64,000 nucleotides of DNA, from contig OZ037766.1 of the NCBI GenBank assembly GCA_964035545.1, forward strand, positions 310,001 to 374,000, given 5' to 3'. The position numbers and the translations under genes were made by a program. Shown here in pieces: positions 31,501 through 43,700 of the stretch (position 1 is the stretch's first letter; each line of letters starts with the position of its first letter). Below the pieces are notes generated by a model. The model was not told the origin of the DNA, did not search any database, and was given only the letters and a program-made list of their open reading frames with translations. Origin of the DNA: Bugula neritina. Taxonomy: Eukaryota > Animalia > Bryozoa.

Positions 31501-34500
31501 TGTGTTACTACTCTACACCACATGTGTTACTACAGTACACCACATGTGTTACTACAGTACACTACATGTATTACTACACTACACTACATGTGTTACTACA
31601 CTACACTACATGTGTTACTACACTACACCACATGTGTTACTACAGTACACTACATGTATTACTACACTACACTACATGTGTTACTACACTACACTACATG
31701 TGTTACTACACTACACCACATGTGTTACTACATTACACCACATGTGTTACTACACTAGCTACAGACAGTCTACACATGCTCAGTGTGACACTAATGTGAC
31801 TGCAGGAGCTGAGTGACCCCGCTGGAGTCACGACAACCAGTCACACCCTCCTCTGTGACCAGACAGGACTCTCTATCAGCTCGCTGAGGTCGAGTCCTGA
31901 GAGACGCCCTTCCCCGCTGGCTGCCGGCAGCTACTCTCAGGCTATCAGCTCCGCCGTCTGTCAGCACCTGTTTGCTGAGCTCACCGAAGGCCAGACCTCA
32001 CTGACCAATCAGAGAGAGGAGTCACTGGAGAAGACGCTGGTGGTGGAGGAACCCCTTCCGGAACCTTCCCCGTCAGTCTGCAAGTCTGTCGCGGAGGAGA
32101 TTGTCCAATCAGAAGGAGGCATGCAGGTGGTCAGTCCGATACTGGAGTCACAGGCTATGAGCCCTCCAGGAGGGGCTTTACCTGCCCACCCTCTGGACAA
32201 GACGGAGATAGCGGCGGTTGGCAGAGACCTGAGTTGTGTGACGACCCCCGGTGTACCGGCGTGCGAGAGCTCCCAGATAGAGAAGTTCACATCTCCCACT
32301 GACTTCAACTGTCGGTACTTGAAATCTGTAGATATCAGTGATGGTTCGGTTGAGCTGGCAGCGACATCTACTAACTACAGGTGGGAAAACTCCTCAATAT
32401 TAGTGCAGCTCTGCTTACAGTAGAGTATACAGTGTAATATACTACTCACAGTATACAGTATAATATACTACTCACAGTACACAGTATAATATACTACTCA
32501 CAGTATACAGTATAATATACTACTCACAGTATACAGTATAATATACTACTCACAGTACACAGTATAATATACTACTCACAGTATACAGTATAATATACTA
32601 CTCACAGTATACAGTATAATATACTACTCACAGTATACAGTATAATATACTACTCACAGTATACAGTATAATATACTACTCACAGTATACAGTATAATAT
32701 ACTACTCACAGTACACAGTATAATATACTACTCACAGTATACAGTATAATATACTACTCACAGTATACAGTATAATATACTACTCACAGTATACAGTATA
32801 ATATACTACTCACAGTATACAGTATAATATACTACTCACAGTATACAGTATAATATACTACTCACAGTATACAGTATAATATACTACTCACAGTATACAG
32901 TATAATATACTACTCACAGTACACAGTATAATATACTACTCACAGTACACAGTATAATATACTACTCACAGTACACAGTATAATATACTACTCACAGTAT
33001 ACAGTATAATATACTACTCACAGTATACAGTATAATATACTACTCACAGTATACAGTATAATATACTACTCACAGTATACAGTATAATATACTACTCACA
33101 GTATACAGTATAATATACTACTCACAGTATACAGTATAATATACTACTCACAGTATACAGTATAATATACTACTCACAGTATACAGTATAATATACTACT
33201 CACAGTATACAGTATAATATACTACTCACAGTACACAGTATAATATACTACTCACAGTATACAGTATAATATACTACTCACAGTATACAGTATAATATAC
33301 TACTCACAGTATACAGTATAATATACTACTCACAGTATACAGTATAATATACTACTCACAGTATACAGTATAATATATATTTATTCAGGTCAAGGACAAA
33401 TCTGTGTAAGCCTGTGCTCTCTGACTTGACAGAAGTTGAGGAAGGGGGCGGGTTTAAACATACTCAAGTTCGAAATTGGCTGACTTCACAGTGTTCAGGA
33501 TGTAAGTACATCACCTGGTACAGTGTAAGTATATCACCTGGTACAGTGTAAATATATCACCTGGTACAGTGTAAGTATATCACCTGGTACAGTGTAAGTA
33601 CATCACCTGGTACAGTGTAAGTATATCACCTGGTACAGTGTAAGTATATCACCTGGTACAGTGTAAATATATCACCTGGTACAGTGTAAGTATATCACCT
33701 GGTATAGTGTAAGTACATCACCTGGTACAGTGTAAGTATACCATGTTGCAGCTGTCACGCAGTCCGAGGCCGTCACCATGTACAACCAGGTCACGCTGGA
33801 CTCAATGCATGCTCATACTCAGTGTAGATCTAACTCAATGACCACCACCTTTCATACTGTCCACAATGCCTTGTCTGATGACGTCACACTTCCTCCGGCT
33901 GACAAGTTGCTGCAAGTACCTGACAAGTTGCTGCAAGTACCTGGCAAGCTGAAGGTGCCTGGTGCACACTGCACTCTCACCAATACTAACGTCATTATAC
34001 CAGTTACCAACCTATCTAACAGGTTAGACTGTGTTTGTATTCTGTATACACGCTAATGTAGTCAGTAACTCTATGTTGTGTCTGTTAGTATGCTGTACTT
34101 ACTGACAGGTGGTGTCAGGTGCTTGTTATATTACTCTGTCAACTCTGAGACTATACTATGCTTGCTGACAGGTGGTGTCAGGTGCTTGTTATATTACTCT
34201 GTCACCTCTGAGACTACACTATGCTTGCTGACAGGTGGTGTCAGGTGCTTGTTATATTACTCTGTCACCTCGGAGACTACACTATGCTTGCTGACAGGTG
34301 GTGTCAGGTGCTTGTTATATTACTCTGTCACCTCTGAGACTATACTATGCTTGCTGACAGGTGGTGTCAGGTGCTTGTTATATTACTCTGTCACCTCTGA
34401 GACTACACTATGCTTGCTGACAGGTGGTGTCAGGTGCTTGTTATATTACTCTGTCACCTCTGAGACTATACTATGCTTGCTGACAGGTGGTGTCAGGTGG

Positions 34501-37500
34501 CTGTCTCCCTAAAGAATCACCAGATAGATGGAATCTCACCTGCTACAAGCTGTCTCTTCATCAGAACGTCTGACTCACTCATAAGACCGTCGGCCACCTC
34601 ATCCTTATCTGTGAGTTGGCAGCTGCCGTGTGTCTATTACTCGTATGTCTTATTCTACTCTCTAGTCAGTAGTCAGTAGAGAGTGTTCACTGTGTACTAC
34701 TCTGTAGGTGTGGTGGTAGTCAGTAGAGAGAGTGTACTACTCTGTAGGTGTGGTGGTAGTCAGTAGAGAGTTCACTGTGTACTACTCTGTAGGTGTGGTG
34801 GTAGTCAGTAGAGAGTGTGTACTACTCTGTAGGTGTGGTGGTAGTCAGTAGAGAGTTCACTGTGTACTACTCTGTAGGTGTGGTGGTAGTCAGTAGAGAG
34901 TGTGTACTACTCTGTAGGTGTGGTGGTAGTCAGTAGAGAGTTCACTGTGTACTACTCTGTAGGTGTGGTGGTAGTCAGTAGAGAGAGAGTTCACTGTGTA
35001 CTACTCTGTAGGTGTGGTGGTAGTCAGTAGAGAGTTCACTGTGTACTACTCTGTAGGTGTGGTGGTAGTCAGTAGAGAGTTCACTGTGTACTACTCTGTA
35101 GGTGTGGTGGTAGTCAGTAGAGAGTGTTCACTGTGTACTACTCTGTAGGTGTGGTGGTAGTCAGTAGAGAGAGAGTTCACTGTGTACTACTCTGTAGGTG
35201 TGGTGGTAGTCAGTAGAGAGTTCACTGTGTACTACTCTGTAGGTGTGGTGGTAGTCAGTAGAGAGTGTGTACTACTCTGTAGGTGTGGTGGTAGTCAGTA
35301 GAGAGTTCACTGTGTACTACTCTGTAGGTGTGGTGGTAGTCAGTAGAGAGTGTTCACTGTGTACTACTCTGTAGGTGTGGTGGTAGTCAGTAGAGAGTGT
35401 TCACTGTGTACTACTCTGTAGGTGTGGTGGTAGTCAGTAGAGAGTGTGTACTACTCTGTAGGTGTGGTGGTAGTCAGTAGAGAGAGTGTACTACTCTGTA
35501 GGTGTGGTGGTAGTCAGTAGAGAGTTCACTGTGTACTACTCTGTAGGTGTGGTGGTAGTCAGTAGAGAGAGTGTACTACTCTGTAGGTGTGGTGGTAGTC
35601 AGTAGAGAGTGTGTACTACTCTGTAGGTGTGGTAGTAGTCAGTAGAGAGTTCACTGTGTACTACTCTGTAGGTGTGGTGGTAGTCAGTAGAGAGTTCACT
35701 GTGTACTACTCTGTAGGTGTGGTGGTAGTCAGTAGAGAGAGTGTACTACTCTGTAGGTGTGGTGGTAGTCAGTAGAGAGAGTTCACTGTGTACTACTCTG
35801 TAGGTGTGGTGGTAGTCAGTAGAGAGTGTGTACTACTCTGTAGGTGTGGTGGTAGTCAGTAGAGTGTTCACTGTGTACTACTCTGTAGGTGTGGTGGTAG
35901 TCAGTAGAGAGAGTGTACTACTCTGTAGGTGTGGTGGTAGTCAGTAGAGAGAGTTCACTGTGTACTACTCTGTAGGTGTGGTGGTAGTCAGTAGAGAGAG
36001 TTCACTGTGTACTACTCTGTAGGTGTGGTGGTAGTCAGTAGAGAGTTCACTGTGTACTACTCTGTAGGTGTGGTGGTAGTCAGTAGAGAGTGTGTACTAC
36101 TCTGTAGGTGTGGTGGTAGTCAGTAGAGAGTGTTCACTGTGTACTACTCTGTAGGTGTGGTGGTAGTCAGTAGAGAGAGTGTACTACTCTGTAGGTGTGG
36201 TGGTAGTCAGTAGAGAGAGTGTACTACTCTGTAGGTGTGGTGGTAGTCAGTAGAGAGAGTTCACTGTGTACTACTCTGTAGGTGTGGTGGTAGTCAGTAG
36301 AGAGTGTTCACTGTGTACTACTCTGTAGGTGTGGTGGTAGTCAGTAGAGAGTGTTCACTGTGTACTACTCTGTAGGTGTGGTGGTAGTCAGTAGAGAGTT
36401 CACTGTGTACTACTCTGTAGGTGTGGTGGTAGTCAGTAGAGAGTGTGTACTACTCTGTAGGTGTGGTGGTAGTCAGTAGAGAGTGTTCACTGTGTACTAC
36501 TCTGTAGGTGTGGTGGTAGTCAGTAGAGAGTTCACTGTGTACTACTCTGTAGGTGTGGTGGTAGTCAGTAGAGAGTGTGTACTACTCTGTAGGTGTGGTG
36601 GTAGTCAGTAGAGAGTTCACTGTGTACTACTCTGTAGGTGTGGTGGTAGTCAGTAGAGAGTGTTCACTGTGTACTACTCTGTAGGTGTGGTGGTAGTCAG
36701 TAGAGAGTTCACTGTGTACTACTCTGTAGGTGTGGTGGTAGTCAGTAGAGAGTGTTCACTGTGTACTACTCTGTAGGTGTGGTGGTAGTCAGTAGAGAGT
36801 GTTCACTGTGTACTACTCTGTAGGTGTGGTGGTAGTCAGTAGAGAGTGTGTACTACTCTGTAGGTGTGGTGGTAGTCAGTAGAGAGAGTGTACTACTCTG
36901 TAGGTGTGGTGGTAGTCAGTAGAGAGTTCACTGTGTACTACTCTGTAGGTGTGGTGGTAGTCAGTAGAGAGAGTGTACTACTCTGTAGGTGTGGTGGTAG
37001 TCAGTAGAGAGTGTGTACTACTCTGTAGGTGTGGTAGTAGTCAGTAGAGAGTTCACTGTGTACTACTCTGTAGGTGTGGTGGTAGTCAGTAGAGAGTTCA
37101 CTGTGTACTACTCTGTAGGTGTGGTGGTAGTCAGTAGAGAGAGTGTACTACTCTGTAGGTGTGGTGGTAGTCAGTAGAGAGAGTTCACTGTGTACTACTC
37201 TGTAGGTGTGGTGGTAGTCAGTAGAGAGTGTGTACTACTCTGTAGGTGTGGTGGTAGTCAGTAGAGTGTTCACTGTGTACTACTCTGTAGGTGTGGTGGT
37301 AGTCAGTAGAGAGAGTGTACTACTCTGTAGGTGTGGTGGTAGTCAGTAGAGAGTGTGTACTGTGTACTACTCTGTAGGTGTGGTGGTAGTCAGTAGAGAG
37401 AGTTCACTGTGTACTACTCTGTAGGTGTGGTGGTAGTCAGTAGAGAGAGTTCACTGTGTACTACTCTGTAGGTGTGGTGGTAGTCAGTAGAGAGTTCACT

Positions 37501-40500
37501 GTGTACTACTCTGTAGGTGTGGTGGTAGTCAGTAGAGAGTGTGTACTACTCTGTAGGTGTGGTGGTAGTCAGTAGAGAGTGTTCACTGTGTACTACTCTG
37601 TAGGTGTGGTGGTAGTCAGTAGAGAGAGTGTACTACTCTGTAGGTGTGGTGGTAGTCAGTAGAGAGAGTGTACTACTCTGTAGGTGTGGTGGTAGTCAGT
37701 AGAGAGAGTTCACTGTGTACTACTCTGTAGGTGTGGTGGTAGTCAGTAGAGAGTGTTCACTGTGTACTACTCTGTAGGTGTGGTGGTAGTCAGTAGAGAG
37801 TGTTCACTGTGTACTACTCTGTAGGTGTGGTGGTAGTCAGTAGAGAGTTCACTGTGTACTACTCTGTAGGTGTGGTGGTAGTCAGTAGAGAGTGTGTACT
37901 ACTCTGTAGGTGTGGTGGTAGTCAGTAGAGAGTGTTCACTGTGTACTACTCTGTAGGTGTGGTGGTAGTCAGTAGAGAGTTCACTGTGTACTACTCTGTA
38001 GGTGTGGTGGTAGTCAGTAGAGAGAGTTCACTGTGTACTACTCTGTAGGTGTGGTGGTAGTCAGTAGAGAGAGTGTACTACTCTGTAGGTGTGGTGGTAG
38101 TCAGTAGAGAGTGTGTGTACTGTGTACTACTCTGTAGGTGTGGTGGTAGTCAGTAGAGAGAGTGTACTACTCTGTAGGTGTGGTGGTAGTCAGTAGAGAG
38201 TGTGTACTACTCTGTAGGTGTGGTGGTAGTCAGTAGAGAGTGTTCACTGTGTACTACTCTGTAGGTGTGGTGGTAGTCAGTAGAGAGTTCACTGTGTACT
38301 ACTCTGTAGGTGTGGTGGTAGTCAGTAGAGAGAGTTCACTGTGTACTACTCTGTAGGTGTGGTGGTAGTCAGTAGAGAGAGTGTACTACTCTGTAGGTGT
38401 GGTGGTAGTCAGTAGAGAGTGTGTGTACTGTGTACTACTCTGTAGGTGTGGTGGTAGTCAGTAGAGAGAGTGTACTACTCTGTAGGTGTGGTGGTAGTCA
38501 GTAGAGAGTGTACTACTCTGTAGGTGTGGTGGTAGTCAGTAGAGAGAGTGTACTGTGTACTACTCTGTAGGTGTGGTGGTAGTCAGTAGAGAGTGTGTAC
38601 TACTCTGTAGGTGTGGCTAAACACGGCCTTAGCTGGGCTCCATGAGGTCGACATACAGATCAGTGTGGAGGGGGAGGTGTGTGACCCAGCCGTATGTGCT
38701 CTGTCCATCAACATGGAGGTCCCAAGACTGGAGGTTTGTGACTTATTATACTATACTGTATACTATGTATTACTATACTATATACTTTGTGTTACTATAC
38801 TGTATACTATGTATTACTATACTGTATACTCTGTACTACTATACCATATACTCTGTACAATTATACCGTATACTCTGCACTACTATACTGTATACTATGT
38901 ATTACTATACCGTATACTGTGTATTACTATACTGTATACTGTGTATTACTATACTGTATACTCTGTATTACTATACTGTATACTCTGTACTACTACACCG
39001 TATACTGTGTATTACTATACCGTATTACTTTAGCTGGTAGACAACCAGGACAATATCCTCGACTTTGGACCTCTCGGATTCGGACAGACTAAAACCGTAC
39101 CGCTGACTATAAAGAACACCTCAAATATCCACCTTGCTGCTCTACTCAAAGTTGTTCAGGTATTTCTCACTCTCCTACTAGGTTTTCTAGAGGTCATGAC
39201 CTCTGTGACCTCTAGCAGCGTGCTGCGGATTGATTGAGGTCAGTGAGATGTTATGTCATGAGTATACGTTATATATCAGTTAGTAGTGTAGACACCTGCC
39301 AGCTGACACCTGCTGACACCATGTCTCCATGTTGCAGGACACCCACAGCAGGTGTAAGTTGAGTCTAGACTCCAAGACCGACACTCACAGCACTAGGGGA
39401 GACGACTCCTCTCACAACCTCAGTCTGGAAACACAACTCCAAGCGAATGAAACTCAAACAGTATTGGTGACTCTCAGGGCCCCCGACACTCGTGGTCCAG
39501 GTGCGTGTCTTGTATGTAGTGGGCTGCTGTCGACTGCTGAGCAGGTCAAAGGTCATCGGAGTCATCGTTGGAAGATGTAATAGTCAAACTGATACTAAAC
39601 TATAACACACACTCGGCATACTGTTTACCTTGAACTTCTGTATTATCTTATCTGTGGACTCTGAGGTCACATGACTTGTATAAGTTGTGACATGACTCCG
39701 TCTCTGTAGATGGTTCACCGGAGCTTCTCGGCAGCAGGATTGACATCTGTCAGGTCAGCGCTGTCAGTCGTGACCCTCTGCTCACAGTCAACGCAACATG
39801 TCTGTGCGGGTACGCTAGCATACAGTTCCCTACCCAGTACCACGTGAGTATCTCGGGCTATTTTACTCATTCAGGTGTATGACAACTCCCTGTTTACTCA
39901 TTCATATGTATGACAACTCCTTGTTTACTCATTCAGATGTACGACATGTGGTGTGAGGCCAACAGCCAGGCTGAAGAGGAAGTGCCGCTGAGGAATTGTG
40001 GGGACATCCCCGTTACTGTAAGTTTTTCTGTCAGCAACTCAATGTTCTTTGTGAGTCCCGACTACATAGACCTGGAACCCGGGGAGAAGAGCTCATTACT
40101 GTTGACCTTCACCCCTGAGAGTACTGAGTACGAGTGTTCGCATACTACGCATACCTGGTGAGTTTAGTGCAAGGAGGAATTCCACCAGTTAGTATTGCTA
40201 GTTGTCTGTCCTTGAATCAGATGTGATGGAGAGGCTGGTATGCGGAGGAGGGCTAGTCTAGGGCATCACCTTCCTTCAGCTAACTAACGGAACTTGCTTT
40301 ATTATTGTGTTCTTTTAGAGATGAAGTTGATGCCTGTTTTAGTATTACAATGCGGTATTATTCCATGTCTTCTTTCTCAGTGTGACTGATTATCTCTACC
40401 TGCAGTAGTGTCATGGCCGTCATAGAGCCCGAGGGTCCCGTCTCCACCATCAACATACGGTGCGTAGTCGAGACCCCTCCCCCTGTTGTCTCCCGGAGTA

Positions 40501-40647
40501 AGGAACTCCAGCTAGCTAAGTCACTCGCTGTCGCTGCCTCTTCCAACAAACTAAAACTCAAGTGTGCGCCTGACATCATCAGATTTGGGGGAGCAGATTT
40601 GAATACAAAGAAGTAAGGGTTACTCTGTACTACTCACTATTACTCAG

Positions 40648-40706
<59 letters not shown>

Positions 40707-43700
40707 ATACTACTACTACTACTACTAGCACTACTACTACTACTCACTACTACTACTACTACTACTAGTACTAGTACTACTACTCACTACTACTGCTACT
40801 ACTACTACTACTGCTACTACTACTACTACTACTACTAGTACTACTACTACCGCTACTACTACTACTACTACTACTACTCACTACTACTCACTACTACTAC
40901 TACTACTAGTACTACTGCTACTACTACTAGTACTACTCACTACTACTCACTACTACTACTACTAGTACTACTGCTACTACTACTAGTACTACTCACTACT
41001 ACTCACTACTACTACTACTAGTACTACTACTACTACTAATACTTACTACTAGTACTACTACTACTACTATCATCTGCTACTTCTACTACTATCATCTGCT
41101 ACTACTACTACTATCATCTGCTACAGATACCTGACAGTGAAGTTTCTCAACCTGTACGAGCAGCCAGTACATCTGGTGTGTGACGTGGACCAGCCAGAGT
41201 ACAGCATGATCAGCACCAGTGTGGACGGCAAAGAGAGCTACGTCTCTAGGAAAGAGATTGTGGTGCCTGTGTGCGCCTCTTCGGCTGACATGTGGTCCCT
41301 AAGGCTAGTGTATGAGCCAACTAGCACCGGCCTTGTCAGGTCACGTCTCAAGTGTACCTCCGTGAACGGCACCATCCGGTTCAGGGTAAGTTATTCCCTC
41401 TACCCTATCTATATAACCTCAACTACTCTACATTCTACTCTCCTATCTATATAACCTCAGCTACTCTACATTCTACTCTCCTATCTATATAACTTCAACT
41501 ACTCTACATTCTACTCTCCTATCTATATAACCTCAACTACTCTACATTCTATTCTTCTATCTATATAACCTCAACTACTCTACATTCTACTCTCCTATCT
41601 ATATAACCTCTACTACTCTACATTCTACTCTCCTATCTATATAACCTCAACTACTCTACATTCTACTCTCCTATCTATATAACCTCTACTACTCTACATT
41701 CTACTCTCCTATCTATATAACCTCAACTACTCTACATTCTACTCTCCTATCTATATAACCTCAGCTACTCTACATTCTACTCTCCTATCTATATAACCTC
41801 AGCTACTCTACATTCTACTCTCCTATCTATATAACCTCTACTACTCTACATTCTACTCTCCTATCTATATAACCTCAGCTACTCTACATTCTACTCTCCT
41901 ATCTATATAACCTCAGCTACTCTACATTCTACTCTCCTATCTATATAACCTCAGCTACTCTACATTCTACTCTCCTTTAACTACTTATAATTCTAGTAGA
42001 ACTCTTCAAGTTTATTCATCAGACCACCCAATAGTTGGTAAGACATCTTCTTCTAAACTGTGCAGAGTATCTGACCAGTTTCCGTGTTTCAGCTGCCGAT
42101 ATACGGCTATGGGGGTGTGGCACTGGTTGAACCATCTTTACCGCCTACTCCGAATTCTCCCGCTGTATATGAACTATCAGGTGGGGAGATGAAAGCTGGG
42201 TCGTACCACTACGACATGTACCTGAGGAATGTGGGCTACCAAAAGGCCTTCATCATGGCTCAGTGTTTTTCTGGTAGGATCCCTGGCTATTCCTGTATAA
42301 ATCTCACGCTAAGTCAGTTCTTTAAACATTCTGTATTGGAACGCATTGAGTAGGGCTTGTACTCTCAGTCTATTGTGTTCACTGCAGGGCCGTCTTGCAC
42401 TTACTCCCTGGAACCTTCCAGAATACAGCTCAGTGCACCGTCTATGATAATATCACCTGCAGACGCACGGGTTAGTCTCAGTCTTTCCTCTATCAGTGTG
42501 TCAACATGTCGTTCAGATTTGTTATTCTCAAGTTATTGATGCTATTTATAGAAAGTGTCGGTTCACATGAACATCACAGAACGTGAGAAAGTTCTCTGTG
42601 AGCAGAGACCAGAAATTATTGCCACTATCAGGTTTTATTACGTTGACAATGTGATGAGACAACTCCTACAGAGGAAAGTGGCTGTACGACCAGAACTGTG
42701 TGACCCTGACCTCCGGCCTCTGCTAGCTCATTGCGCTGACGACTGCCATGACCTCGGTATGTATTGAGTATTCTCTTAATGTTGTGGGTAGACGTTGGAG
42801 TTATCTTCTCTCTCTATTAGTATGCAGATACGTGCTCCTTAGTCTACTCAGTATACTTACGTGTTCCATCCTGTGTCACATGTTCAGAGTTGTCTCTACC
42901 TGACGAGGCCTGTCACTCCAGACTCTTTAGAAACAGCGTCAAGTCATTTACCATCAACATCCGCGGTCAGCCTGCCAGACCCTCCGTCCTGTCGCTGCCC
43001 AACAATCCACTCATCACTCACTCGTCAGCGCCTCTCTCGCTGGCATCTAACCTACCCCCCGCGTCCCTCTCTGTGTCGGCCAAGTCTCTCACGTTCATAA
43101 CTGGCGCTGTCGGAGAAGTGCGGGAGTTGTCTGTCCTTATTAGGAACAGGTCATCTGAAAATGTGCAGGTATTTCCCAGCTTATCGTCTCGTATTATGTT
43201 TCACTGATGGTATTTTCCAACTTATTGTGTTTTAGTGATTCTCGTTTTAGTTGAGGTTAATTATAAAGATAGGGTGGGTCACAAAGGCACCCTGTAATCA
43301 AGTGTGTTTATCTCTCTTTTTCTAGATTCAGTTCTCAAAGCTGGCTCCTCCTTTTTCCTGTAAAGTTAGAAAATCGACTTTGAAGTAAGTCTTTGGGCTA
43401 CAAATATAAGTCTTTTGATTTATTATTGCTTACCTGTTTATTACCTGTATAACACCTACCTGTATAACACCTTACCTGTATTTTACCTATAGAACACTAC
43501 TCACCTGTATACTACTCACCTGTACACTACTTACCTGTATACTACTCACCTGTACACTACTCACCTGTATACTACTCACCTGTACACTACTCACCTGTAC
43601 ACTACTCACCTGTACACTACTCACCTGTACACTACTCACCTGTACACTACTCACCTGTACACTACTCACCTGTACACTACTCACCTGTACACTACTCACC

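Noticed and set aside
31250-31816. Cys/His/Tyr-rich ORFs here and similar ones at 38642-39092, 44882-45279, 47378-47613, 52352-52774 and 53160-53363
   Set aside because: Open in several frames only because the repeat units lack stop codons.
34670-38616. CRISPR-like array (constant core with variable linkers)
   Set aside because: Linkers are only a few nucleotides long and drawn from a handful of recurring variants, not unique spacers. There are no cas genes and it lies in a eukaryotic intron.
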